This document shows positions 35,216-46,100 of a DNA stretch of 64,000 nt, piece after piece (position 1 is the first letter of the stretch; every line of letters starts with the position of its first letter). The DNA is from Heterodontus francisci (taxonomy: Eukaryota). The stretch covers positions 5,805,492-5,869,491 of the forward strand of contig NC_090418.1 in assembly GCF_036365525.1 (NCBI RefSeq). Reading direction: 5' to 3'. The notes below the pieces were generated by a model. It made no database searches. It was not told the origin of the DNA and was given only the letters and a program-made list of their open reading frames with translations. Both the position numbers and the translations under genes were made by a program.

Positions 35216-37423
35216 TGAAGGCTTCTGTTGGGCCTTCTTTTTGGCTGTGGGAATGGCAAACCTGGTGGTTGACAGCTGCAGTTGAGCAGGTGAAAAACAG
35301 TACAAAGCTATGCAGTCTGTCGGCAGCTTTAAATGTTGCACTTCCCCAGGCTCAACCAGTTCTGGCAAGCCACTGCAATTATCTTGTCATAAGTTAAACT
35401 GAGCACAATGGCGAAGACACTAGAACATAGGAACGGGGGAGGCCATTCAGCCCTTTGAGCCTGTTCTGCCATTCATGAGATCATGGTTGACCAGTATCGT
35501 TACCGTACACCCGCCTTTGTTCCGTATCCCTCAAACTCCTCAGCCATCAAGCTCAAATTTTAACTTATTAATTCAACAAACATCTACTGCATTCTGTGGG
35601 AGAGAGCTCCACACTTCTACCACCCTTTGCATAAAGAGGTGTTTCCTAACGTCTCTCCCGAAAGACCTGACTCTGATAAAGTTATGTCCACTTGTCCTAG
35701 ACTCCCCCACCGGTGAAAAAGCTTCCCTTTACCCTTTCAGTTCCCCTCAATCTTAAAAACCTGAATCAAATCACTCCTTAGCCCTCTATATTCCAGAGAA
35801 TACAAGGCCAGTTTATCCTTTCTGAGGTTCACTGCTCAGAACTGTACACAGCATTCCATTAAGTATATCGGGTGGAAACTTGTCCTGTCACAATTTGCAC
35901 ATTAGTAATGAGCATCCTGCCACAATTACCGCGATAACACCAAAAACCCTCAAGAGATTTGAAGCTTACTGGCTGATCAACTCTCAGAAAATCAGTAGAA
36001 GATGTGAAATCACATTCATAAAAGTCATTCCGTATCTCCCACGCCCAATCCCAGTAGCTGCTTTGTGTACGTGGTGGGGAAGGTCTGCAAGAAAGCTATG
36101 TTGGTCAAGGTATGAGATGTCAGCACTAGGACATAGACTAGTTTGTACCTTCTTGACATCAGACAGCCCGATTCAGGTATGGTATGATTGATGCAGTGCT
36201 GAGCAACTGCACACTTGGATGCATAATCCAGCAGCATTGCACTGAACAACAACTACTTGCATTTATATAGCGCCTTTAATGCAGTAACATACGCCAAGGC
36301 AGCCAACGAAAATTCAGGCATGTAGGTCGCAGGACGTGTCAAACCCTAGTTACACGGGGGTTGGGGATTGATCAGACATCTTGGCACATTGCACGGGCTC
36401 CATTCAGCAAAAGTTATTTGGACACACTGGGTTAGAAATTGGGACGCGTTTTGACCAATTTTGGCGGGTGCGTAAAACGGACACAACGTAAACCTAATTC
36501 TGGGCATGAGATCCTGCACCTAATCTGTGCAGGTGACATGGCCTGCTGCCATTTTGATCCTCACTGTTTTCAGGCATCTGTGGCTGCTGCTTGAAATAAG
36601 CATTGTTTCAATATAATTATTCAAAGGGTCACATTTCAGGAAAAATGGGTGAGTAACTAGAAGGAACATTGTGCTGCTCAAGCTCTGACCAGTTTTGCTG
36701 GTTCTAAAGTAGCCCTTAAAGGGGCCCCCGGAGAATGCTGAAGAGATGCGAAGGGAAAGTTTTTTCGCTTCATTTCCACTTTTGTGAAACGTTGAGCAGG
36801 ACAGCACTACTGTGGATGCTGTTGTCCTGTACTCAGACCTCCTCCATCTCACTCTTCCATGTATTGGAGCTTGTCATATAAAATCAGCGCGCATTGAGAA
36901 TCTTTTGGGCTAGAAATTGGTCTGCACCCATTTTCTTGGGCGTGGGGGTCGCGATTCGTGACCTGCCACATCATTGGGCATGGAGGTAGGGAGCATGCAA
37001 ACTTGATCGCAGTGTTGGTCCGAGTGGGGCCCGTGCTGCTGGCCAGCTGAGCGCTCAACAGGGGGTCAAGCAGCATTTGAAGAGAGCACATGGTGCAGGC
37101 AGCCTGCTCCTCTTAAAGGCAGGCTGTTCCTCTTAAAGGGAAGCTGCACTGAATCACAGGAGGCTGCTACTGAATATCAGTGCTGCAATTCTAAACCAGG
37201 AAAATGGAACACCAGGGCAGAGAGAGCAAGCTCCCAGGTTCGCAGATATAGCATTGAAGGTCTTAATGACAGAGATAGACAGGAAGAGAGACGCCATGTT
37301 TACGCAGGGAGCCAGGAATTCCCCCAAGGACCACTCTCAGAAGGGAATGGGAACAGGTGGCCAGGGAGATAAGTTCCTGGAGTTTGACTCAGAGGATCTG
37401 CCAGTAGTGTTGGAAGAGGTTAT

Positions 37424-37780
37424 GGGCGGCGCAGTGGTTAGCACCGCAGCCTCACAGCTCCAGCGACCCGGGTTCAATTCTGGGTACTGCCTGTGTGGAG
37501 TTTGCAAGTTCTCCCTGTGTCTGCGTGGGTTTTCACCGGGTGCTCCGGTTTCCTCCCACCACCAAAAGACTTGCAGGTTGATAGGTAAATTGGCCATTAT
37601 AAATTGCCCCTAGTATAGGTAGGGGAATAGAGGGACAGGTGGGGATGTGGTAGGAATATGGGATTAGTGTAGGATTAGTATAAATGGGTGGTTGATGGCT
37701 GGCACAGACTCGGTGGGCCGAAGGGCCTGTTTCAGTGCTGTATCTCTAAATAAAATAAATAAAAATAAAATAAATAAATA
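37424..37780 (+). mobile_element. HE1-like V-SINE (young copy)
   Basis: tRNA head GCAGTGGTTAGC..GGGTTCAATTC, V-domain, CR1-derived tail GGGCCGAAGGGCCTGTTTCAGTGCTGTATCTCTA and an A-rich tail. Confidence 0.9.
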
Positions 37781-38404
37781 AGTTTAATGATTTGACATGA
37801 GTGATCAAGGTCAGCGAATGCACCTTCGCATGAGCTCTCCTACCCATCACTCCACCAGCTGCTCAATGCAACACACCCCTATCACTCACCCAGCAGCATT
37901 CCCTGTGCTCTCACAACATTTAAGAAGTATTTAAATGAGCACTTGAAATACCATAGCATACAAGGCTACTGGCCAAGTGCTGGAAAATGGGATTAGAATA
38001 GGTAGGTGCTTGATGGCCGGCACAGACACGATGGGCCAAAGGGCCTGTTTCTGTACTCTATGACTCAGACCAAACATCCAGATGCTCCACCTCACCCTCA
38101 GACACCTTCCAATGCTGCCAGCCTCACACCCACCTCCCACTGTTTCCACATAATTCCAGCTATTCAGCTGTGGCAGGCGCATCACCCAAACACAGTGCAA
38201 CACAATCACTGAAATTCTTCCCTCTCTCTTTGCAGGACGAGGGGGCGCACCATAGAAGGCAGCAGAGCAGAACTGGTGGGGGACAAAGACACCTGCATCT
38301 CCTGAGCCTTACGGAGAAGCTGGTTCCCCGAATCGTGGGGCCTCATGACATCTGCCGTCGCAGAGAACATTGAGGATGATGATATGTCACTGCCTTAAGC
38401 CCTT

Positions 38405-38520
38405 CTCAACCCCCAGCTCACCCTCACCCCCCAGCTCACCCTCACCCCCCAGCTCACCCTCAACCCCCAGCTCACCCTCACCCCCCAGCTCACCCTCACC
38501 CCCCAGCTCACCCTCACCCT
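38405..38520. repeat. 18-bp minisatellite (CCCCAGCTCACCCTCACC, ~6 units)
   Basis: Tandem units are directly visible; they explain the RVSWGV repeats in ORF 38395-38580. Confidence 0.92.
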
Positions 38521-39339
38521 GCTAACTGGAATGATGAGCAAGCTGCTGATGGTGTGACCATGGACCTCTTTCCATCTCACCCTCCCCTTCCCTCACCCCA
38601 ACATTCCCCTTTCTGATTTTCTGTGCTCAAACACCCAAGAACTGGGCCAGAAGGAAGAGAGAGCAACAGCACAGCACTGATGAAGAGGCCCCGTCACTTG
38701 AGCAAAATTTGAAAACATAGCAAGATTGAAATTATTTATCCTTTGGCTCCAGCAATCTATTGGAAACAAAAACTGCTCCACATGAACTTTAGATCAGTTG
38801 GAGGTTTGAATTCTGTATCTCAGTTCTACCTGACTAAACACAACCTTCTTACATTACCTTACGTAGAATATACAGCATAAGAAACAGGCCATTCGGCCCA
38901 ACTAGTTCATGCCAGCGTTTAAACTCCACTCGAGCCTCCTGCTGTCTTTCCTCATCTAATTCTATCAGCATAACCCTCTATTCCCTCCTCCAATTTCATT
39001 TCACGCTTCTTACAACGAGTCAGATTACTATAATTACTGAACTACTTTCACAGCAGTGCACCGTTAAAATATTCTGACGGGTACTTCAAACACTGACATT
39101 TTAAATATTCATTGAACAAATTTAAAGTATTTGTCAGAAGCTTTCCTCTTCACGGAGGCCACTAAAATGAAATTTATAGATTTCATTCAGAAACTGCTAC
39201 AGTAAAAATAAGTGACAATGCTTCAAGTCATCCAAACCTTCAACTTTTCCCTTCTTTGTCAGGTATGAGGTTATGCTATTCACTGCACCCGCTTGAGGTT
39301 AGCTGCTGTTCTCAGTTGGAAATGTCTAGCATTTGCATA

Positions 39340-39460
39340 GCATCTTATATAGTTAACAACTGGCCCGCCCATAATCCCAGCTTCATCACATGGTTTCCAA
39401 AAAGTACTTAGTTTAGTTTCTATTTCAAGAATAGTTAATCATTCGACTTCCTTTCACTTA
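39340..39460 (-). promoter_or_regulatory. Candidate interferon-responsive promoter (TATA, GC box, ISRE, IRF/ETS composite)
   Basis: TATATAAG on the minus strand at ~39344-39351; GGGCGGGCC at 39362-39370; AGTTTCTATTTC at 39415-39426; ACTTCCTTTCACTT at 39446-39459. Confidence 0.45.
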
Positions 39461-39471
39461 GTTTTTTTTTC

Positions 39472-39819
39472 TAGATTTAGAGATTACAGCACTGAAACAG
39501 GCCCTTCGGCCCACCAAGTCTGTGCCGACCATTAACCACCCATTTATACTAATCCTACACTAATCCCATATTCCTACCACATCCTCACCTGTCCCTATAT
39601 TCCCATACCACCTACCTATACTAGTGGCAATTTATAATGGCCAATTCACCTATCAACCTGCAAGTCTTTTGGCTGTGGGAGGAAACCGGAGCACCCGGAG
39701 GAAACCCACACAGACACAGGGAGAACTTGCAAACTCCACACAGGCAGTACCCAGAATTGAACCTGGGTCGCTGGAGCTGTGAGGCTGCGGTGCTAACCAC
39801 TGCGCCACTGTGCCGCCCC
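39472..39819 (-). mobile_element. HE1-like V-SINE (young copy)
   Basis: Near-identical reverse complement of 37424-37750 and 56589-56937. Confidence 0.9.
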
Positions 39820-40119
39820 TTCAGTCCATGGAAAAAAATACTCTATAAACAGAATGCCTGGATAATTCCTCAGAGGATCTCCCAGTCTGCCCCAGCGTAA
39901 CTTTGTTCAAAGAGGACACCGATTTAAGGCAAAAAAAAGCACGGGCGACATGAGGAAAGGCTTTTTTTAAGCAGCGAGTGGTTAGGATCTGGAATGCACT
40001 GCCTGAGAGTGTGGTGGAGGCACACAGGGTCTTCCGCTTCCACGATGGTTGATCTCCGGAGTTTTCGCTGGCTCTATGCCCAAAAAGCTCTATTCTTATC
40101 CTGTTGCTTATCTCTATCT

Positions 40120-40830
40120 AGTGTGGGAAAATGGCGCACTGACACGGAACACAAAAGTCCGAGTGTATCAAGCCTGTGTCCTCAGTACCTTGCTCTATGG
40201 CAGCGAGGCCTGGACAACATATGTCAGCCAAGAGCGACGTCTCAATTCATTCCATCTTCGCTGCCTCCAGAGAATACTTGGCATCAGGTGGCAGGACCGT
40301 ATCTCCAACACAGAAGTCCTCGAGGCGGCCAACATCCCCAGCTTATTCACACGACTGAGTCAGCGGCGCTTGAGATGCCTTGGCCATGTGAGCCGCATGG
40401 AAGATGGCAGGATCCCCAAAGACACATTGTACAGCGAGCTCGCCACTGGTATCAGACCCACCGGCCATCCATGTCTCCGCTTTCAAGACGATTGCAAACG
40501 GGACGTGAAGTCCTGTGACATTGATCACAAGTCGTGGGAGTCAGTTGCCAGCGTTCGCCAGAGCTGGCGGGCAGCCATAAAGGCGGGGCTAAAGTGTGGC
40601 GAGTCGAAGAGACTTAGCAGTTGGCAGGAAAAAAGACAGAGGTGCAAGGGGAGAGCCAACTGTGTAACAGCCCCAAAAAACAAATTTTTCTGCAGCACCT
40701 GTGGAAGAGCCTGTCACTCTAGAATTGGCCTTTATAACCACTCCAGGCGCTGCTCCACACACCACTGACCACCTCCAGGCGCTTGCCCATTGTCTCTCGA
40801 GATAAGGAGGCCAAAGAAGAAGAAGAAAAA
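40120..40830 (+). mobile_element. RTE-clade LINE 3' fragment
   Basis: KVRVYQACVLSTLLYGSEAWT, LNSFHLRCLQRILGI, GHVSRMEDGRIPK, C-terminal CSTCGRAC..RIGL..H and a (GAA)n tail. A related fragment is at 57630-57800 (-). Confidence 0.9.
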
Positions 40831-41360
40831 AAAAGATCTCTCCAAATCTGAGCTGTATCTTTCCGGTTGGCTTAAGCTTGCTCACTTTGTTCACAGCTTC
40901 TCTTAATTGGCCCAGGCCCAAAGACCCCGGTATCACACAGTGTCCAGATAAGGCCCTTTTCCTATGTCCTGTTCTTTGTCTTGTCCCATAAAGTAATTAG
41001 TTCAAACTGGTTTTTACCATCACAGGCCAGTGTCCGAGCTCCAGGTTACTACAGGTCAAACAATCCCAGCAGTTTGTAACTGATTCTGTGTTTCTTACAG
41101 CCACTGGCCAACACAGCAGTGCGATAGTGAACAGATAATATGTTTTATTTTAGTGATAAATGTTGGCCCAGGGGAGACAAGGCAAGCTGTTTCTATCAGG
41201 AGATACCCGGAACTCCCAGAGAATCGATTACTTCATCTATTTACGCTGTTGCGAGGGTTCCGTTGGCAAGGAGCTCCATGGAACCGTAGGGCCCAATGTG
41301 TTTGAAAAGTGACTGCAGGAGGTGAAACAAGGTGGAAAGTAGTAGAATGAATGGTTAATT

Positions 41361-41412
41361 ATTCCTGAAATTGAAACCGAAACTGCATATGACATTTACT
41401 GGAAGTCACGTG
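41361..41412. promoter_or_regulatory. ISRE/GAS cluster (candidate distal promoter or enhancer)
   Basis: GAAATTGAAACCGAAACT at 41367-41384, TTACTGGAA at 41396-41404, GTCACGTG at 41405-41412. Confidence 0.5.
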
Positions 41413-41754
41413 CTGAAACATTAATATGTAGATAAGTCAGTTTGTAAGGACCAGGATATTTTCAGAACGGCCACAAGGTATTTCAGACACAACCTTGTGA
41501 AATTACTGGTAAAGAAAAAATTACAATAGGCATCTATTTAGTTTGATCACAAGAGGGAGATATATCTCTGCTGACTCCCTGCGTTTAAATTGCTAAAAGT
41601 ATTTCCCTTATCCCTTTGGCAGAATTGAGGTTTTTAAAGGACTGGAGAAACTGGCGCTCTTCCTTAGAAGAAGGAAGATTAAGATATTTAATAGAGGTGT
41701 TCAAAACTATGTTAGTGAGGCAATAACGGGAAGACATCAATTTATTATCGCCAA

Positions 41755-42435
41755 GTCATTGAAGGTGGCAGGACAGGTTGAGAGAGCCATTGATAAAGGA
41801 TACAGCATCCTGGGCTTTATTAATAGGGGCATAGAGTACAAGAGCAAGGAAGTTATGTTGAACTTGTATAAAACACTAATTGTGCCTCAGCTGGAGTATT
41901 GCGTCCAGTTCCAGGCGCCACACTTCAGGAAAGACGTGAGGGCATTGGAGAGAGTGCAGAAAAGATTCACGAAAATGGTTCTCGGGATGAGGAACTTCAG
42001 TTATGAAGATAAATTGGAGAAGTGAGGACTGTCTTCATGGGAGAAGAGAAGGCTGAGAGGTGAATTGATAGAGGTATTCAAAATCATGAGGGGTCTGGAC
42101 AGAGTAGATAGAGAGAAACTGTCCCCACTCGTGAAAGGATCGAGAATGAGAGAGCACAGATTTAAACTATTTGGTGAGAGAAACAACAATGACATGAGGA
42201 AAAATTTCTTCATGCAGCGTGTGGTTAAGGTCTGGAATGTGCTGCCTGAGAGTGTGGTGGAGGCAGGTTCAATTGAAGCATTCAAAAGGGAATTAGACAG
42301 TTAGCTGAAAAGGAAGAACGTGCAGGGTTATGGGGAGAAGGCAGGGGAATGGAACTGAGTGAATTGCTCTTTCGAAGAGCCGGTGCGGACACGATGGGCC
42401 GAATGGCCTCCTTCTGCACTGTAACAATTCTGTAA
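41755..42435 (+). mobile_element. CR1-clade LINE 3' fragment
   Basis: LYKTLIVPQLEYCVQF, LERVQKRFTKM and RVVKVWNVLPE motifs. Confidence 0.88.
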
Positions 42436-43179
42436 TAGAATGGAGAGGTTACATTTTCAGACATGCAGAGGGTGTTAGCATATAGAATTAATCACACAGT
42501 TGAGGACGAGGCCATTCGGCCCATCGTGCCTGTGCTGGCTCTCAGCAGAAGAGCTATCCAAGTAGACCCACTTGTCCCTTCTTCCCCCACAGCCCTGCAA
42601 TATTTTTCCTTTTCAAGTGTTTATCCAATCCCCTTTTGAAAGTTACCATTGAAACTGCTTCCAACGCCCTTACAGGCAGCGCATTCCAGATCACAACAGC
42701 TCGCTGCATTTGAAAAAGAATCTGTGTGTCCCCACTCTTGCCCTGAACTGGAAAGTTTCATCAACTTTGTTTAAAAATTTCCAACCCTTCCTTGCCTTCA
42801 CAGGGCCCATCTCTGAATTATCCCTTCAACAACAACTTATATTTATATAGCGCTTTAAAATGATAAAACAACCCAAGGCCCTTCACAGGAGCATTATAAA
42901 ACAAGGTATGGCAGAGCCACATAAGGAGATATTAGGTCAGATAACCAAATGCTTGGTCAAAGGGGTAGGTTTTAAGGAGTATCTTAAAGGAGAGAGATGG
43001 AGAGGTGGACAGGTTTAGGGAGGGAATTCAGGAGCTTGGGACCCAGGCAACTGAAGGATGGTGCCACCTTCATCACAATTGCTTTGTTTTTATTCTTTCA
43101 TGGGATGTGGGCTAGCATTCCAGGTTAACTGTTAAGGTGGCTGAACACACAAACAGACGTGGTCGGGCGCACCAAAGGT

Positions 43180-46100
43180 GGGCATTTATTGCCCAACCCT
43201 AATTGCCTTTGAGAAGGTGATGGTGAGCTGCCTTCTTGAACAACTGCAGTCTTTGTGGCGTATCTATACCCACAGTGCTGTCAAGGAGGGAGTTCCAGGA
43301 TTTTGACCCAGTGACAGCAAAGAAATGGTGAGATAGTTCCAAATCAAGATGGCGGGTGGCTTGGAGGGAAATTTGCAGGTGGTGGTGATCCCATGCGTCT
43401 GCTGCCCTTGTCATTCCAGCTGGTAGAGGTTGCAGTTTTGGAAGGCGCTGTCAAAGGAGCCTTGGTTAGTTCTTGCAGTGCATCTTGTAGATGGTATACA
43501 CTGCTGCCACTGTGTGTCGATGGTGGAGGGAGTGAATACAGTCATAGAGTTATACAGCACAGAAACAGGCCCTTCAGCCCATTGTGTCCATACCAGCCAT
43601 CAAGCATCTATCTATTCTAATCCCATTTTGCAGCACTTGGCCCGTAACCTTGACTGCTATGGCATTTCAAGTGTGCATCTAAATACTTCTTAAATATTGT
43701 GAGGGTTCCTGCCTCTACCACCCCTTCAGGCAGTGTGTTCCAGATTCCAACCACCCTCTGGGTGAAAAAATGTTTATGGACGGGGTGCCAACCAAGCGGG
43801 CAGCTTTTTCCTGGATGCTGTCAAGCTTCTTGAGTGTTGTTGGAACCGCATTCATCCAGACAAGTATAGAGTTTTCCATCACACTCCTGACTTGTGCCTT
43901 GTAGATGTTAGACAGGCTTTGGGGAGTCAGAGATTGAGTTATTCACCTCAGAATTCTCAGCCTCTACATGGTCTTGTAGTCACGGTATTTATATGGCTGG
44001 TCCAGTTCAGTTTCTGGTCAGTGGTAACCCCCAGGATTTTGATAGTGGGGATTCAGCAATGGTAATGCCATTGAATGTCAAGGGAAGATGGTTAGATTCT
44101 CCCTTGTTGGAGATGGTCATTGCCTGGCTCAAATGTAACTTGCAACTTATCAGCCCAAGCCTGAATGTTATCCAGGTCTTGCTGTATCAGGCAAGCCCCC
44201 AACCTGACAAGAATGAGGAAAATTAATTTTGCCACATGAACATTGATTTTGGACTGTTGTTGGTGAAGAAAGAACTTGCTTTAAAAAACAATTGGGAGAC
44301 TTTGGCTGGAGAGAGACATTAGCATATCAACAGACAGTACTGCAAAGGACAAAGGGTCTATTCCCTGCTCCAATTTAATCCACAATGGACTTTTGATTAC
44401 CAGCTTCGGATACCACTGAGGACACATGAACCCCAAGAGAGAAAGGTCTCCTACCGTGAACAAGGTTTAAGAAGAATACTGGGCCCCAACGAAAAGCAAG
44501 ACTACTTACAATAAAAAACACCTCTTCATAAATTGCTCAAACCTTTCCATTTAATTTTTCTTCTGCTCTTTTCTGTCCCTATTTGCATGTGCATATCGCG
44601 GCTGCATGCTAGCGTGAGGCGCAGCGTGTATCCGTAGAAGTTAACCGAATTAGAGTTTAAGTTTAAGGTATAATAAATTTCACTTCTTCTTTAAACCTAA
44701 GAAAACCTGGTGTGCTCATTGCTTTGCCTTATAAATGGAAAGCTGTGAACAAGGATTCACAAAGGGGGAGCTCAAAACAGTGTGTTTAAAATTAAACCCT
44801 GTTACAATAAGACAGGTGAAGACAGTAAAAGACCCCTAGATACCTTTCTCACCTGGTCATCCTAGAAATTTGGGTGCTAGCGTCTGGGATTTTACCCACA
44901 GACAAACGAGAGAAATTGGAAGTGGGAAGCCAAATTGTTCCCAATCAAAATGAGCAAATGTCAATACAAGTTTTCTTGTGGTTGTGTGCGATTGAATACT
45001 AACATGTCTGCAACTGAAGCTAGTAGTTCTCCAAGCCAGGGTGAAGTAACTTGGGATAAGTTAAAAGCACTGTCTATGGAGGAGTTGTGAAAAATGGCTG
45101 AGCAGTGTGGGATCACTGTATGTGGCAAGGCTCGGAAGTCTGAACTCCTAAGGCTAGTGGCCTACCATTTTTCTCTCGAATCTGAAGAAGCACAAGCAGC
45201 GTTAGAAGCAGACTCCAACAGATACAATTGGAACAGAGGAAACTTGAATTTGAGGAAAGGGAAAAAGAGAGAGGCAGGAGAGGAAGAAAGAGAGAGCCTT
45301 CCAGAAGGAACGCGAAGAAACAGAAAGACAGAAGAAAGAGAGAGGCAGGAGAGAGAGAGAGAGAAAGAATATTCCAGAAAGAATCCGAAGAGAGAGCTGA
45401 AGCAGCTTGAGTTAGACTAGGGGGCGACAGAGTAACCCCAGTGAAAGCATGGCCAATATGGAGAAGAATTCAGGGCTGGGTACAAAATTGCTAAAACTCA
45501 CTCAATTAATTCCAAAATTCAATGAGGAAGATGTGGAAGCATTTCTTGTGTCTTTTGAGAAACTGGCAAGGCAGCTAAAATGGCCAGCTGAGACCCGGTC
45601 ACTTTTAATACAAAGCAAGCTAATTGGAAAAGCCCATGAGGTTTATTCCTTGTTGCCAGATGAGAGTTCATCAAATTATGAACTGACCAAAAATGCTATC
45701 CACAGGGCAAATGAATTAGTACCTGAAGCCTATCACCAAATGCTTAGAATCCTCAGAAAACAAGCCAATCAAACTTATCTGGAGTTTGAAAGAAGTAAGC
45801 AGCTGGCTTTTGATCAGTGGCTGAGGGCTTTAAAGATACAGCTCAGCTAAGAGACTTTCAGAGAAGTAATCCTGTTAGAGGAATTTAAATATTCTTACCC
45901 ACTCCTATAAAAGACCCATGTAGAGGAGCAGCGGGTTCAGGGAGCCCAGCAAGCGGCCGTTCTGGCCAATGAGTTTGCTTTAATTTATAAATCGGTTTCC
46001 CAGGGCAGAACCTTTCCTAATCACCCCCACAAATCCAAAAAGGACAAAGGGTGGGAAGGTGATATCCGCCCAGGCAGTCCTGGAAGAGAAAGGAAAGCAG

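Larger units (their letters stand above)
36907..38700 (+). mobile_element. Decayed PIF/Harbinger-type element (Myb/SANT-like ORF relic)
   Basis: Starts GGGCTAGAAATTGG. Frameshifted translation APRFADIALKVLMTEIDRKRDAMF.../RREWEQVAREIS...QRICQ*CWKR-[SINE]-FNDL matches the trihelix Myb/SANT pattern. Right boundary uncertain. Confidence 0.6.

Noticed and set aside
38395-38580. RVSWGV repeat protein or CRISPR-like array
   Set aside because: Simple 18-bp minisatellite with no spacers, in eukaryotic DNA.
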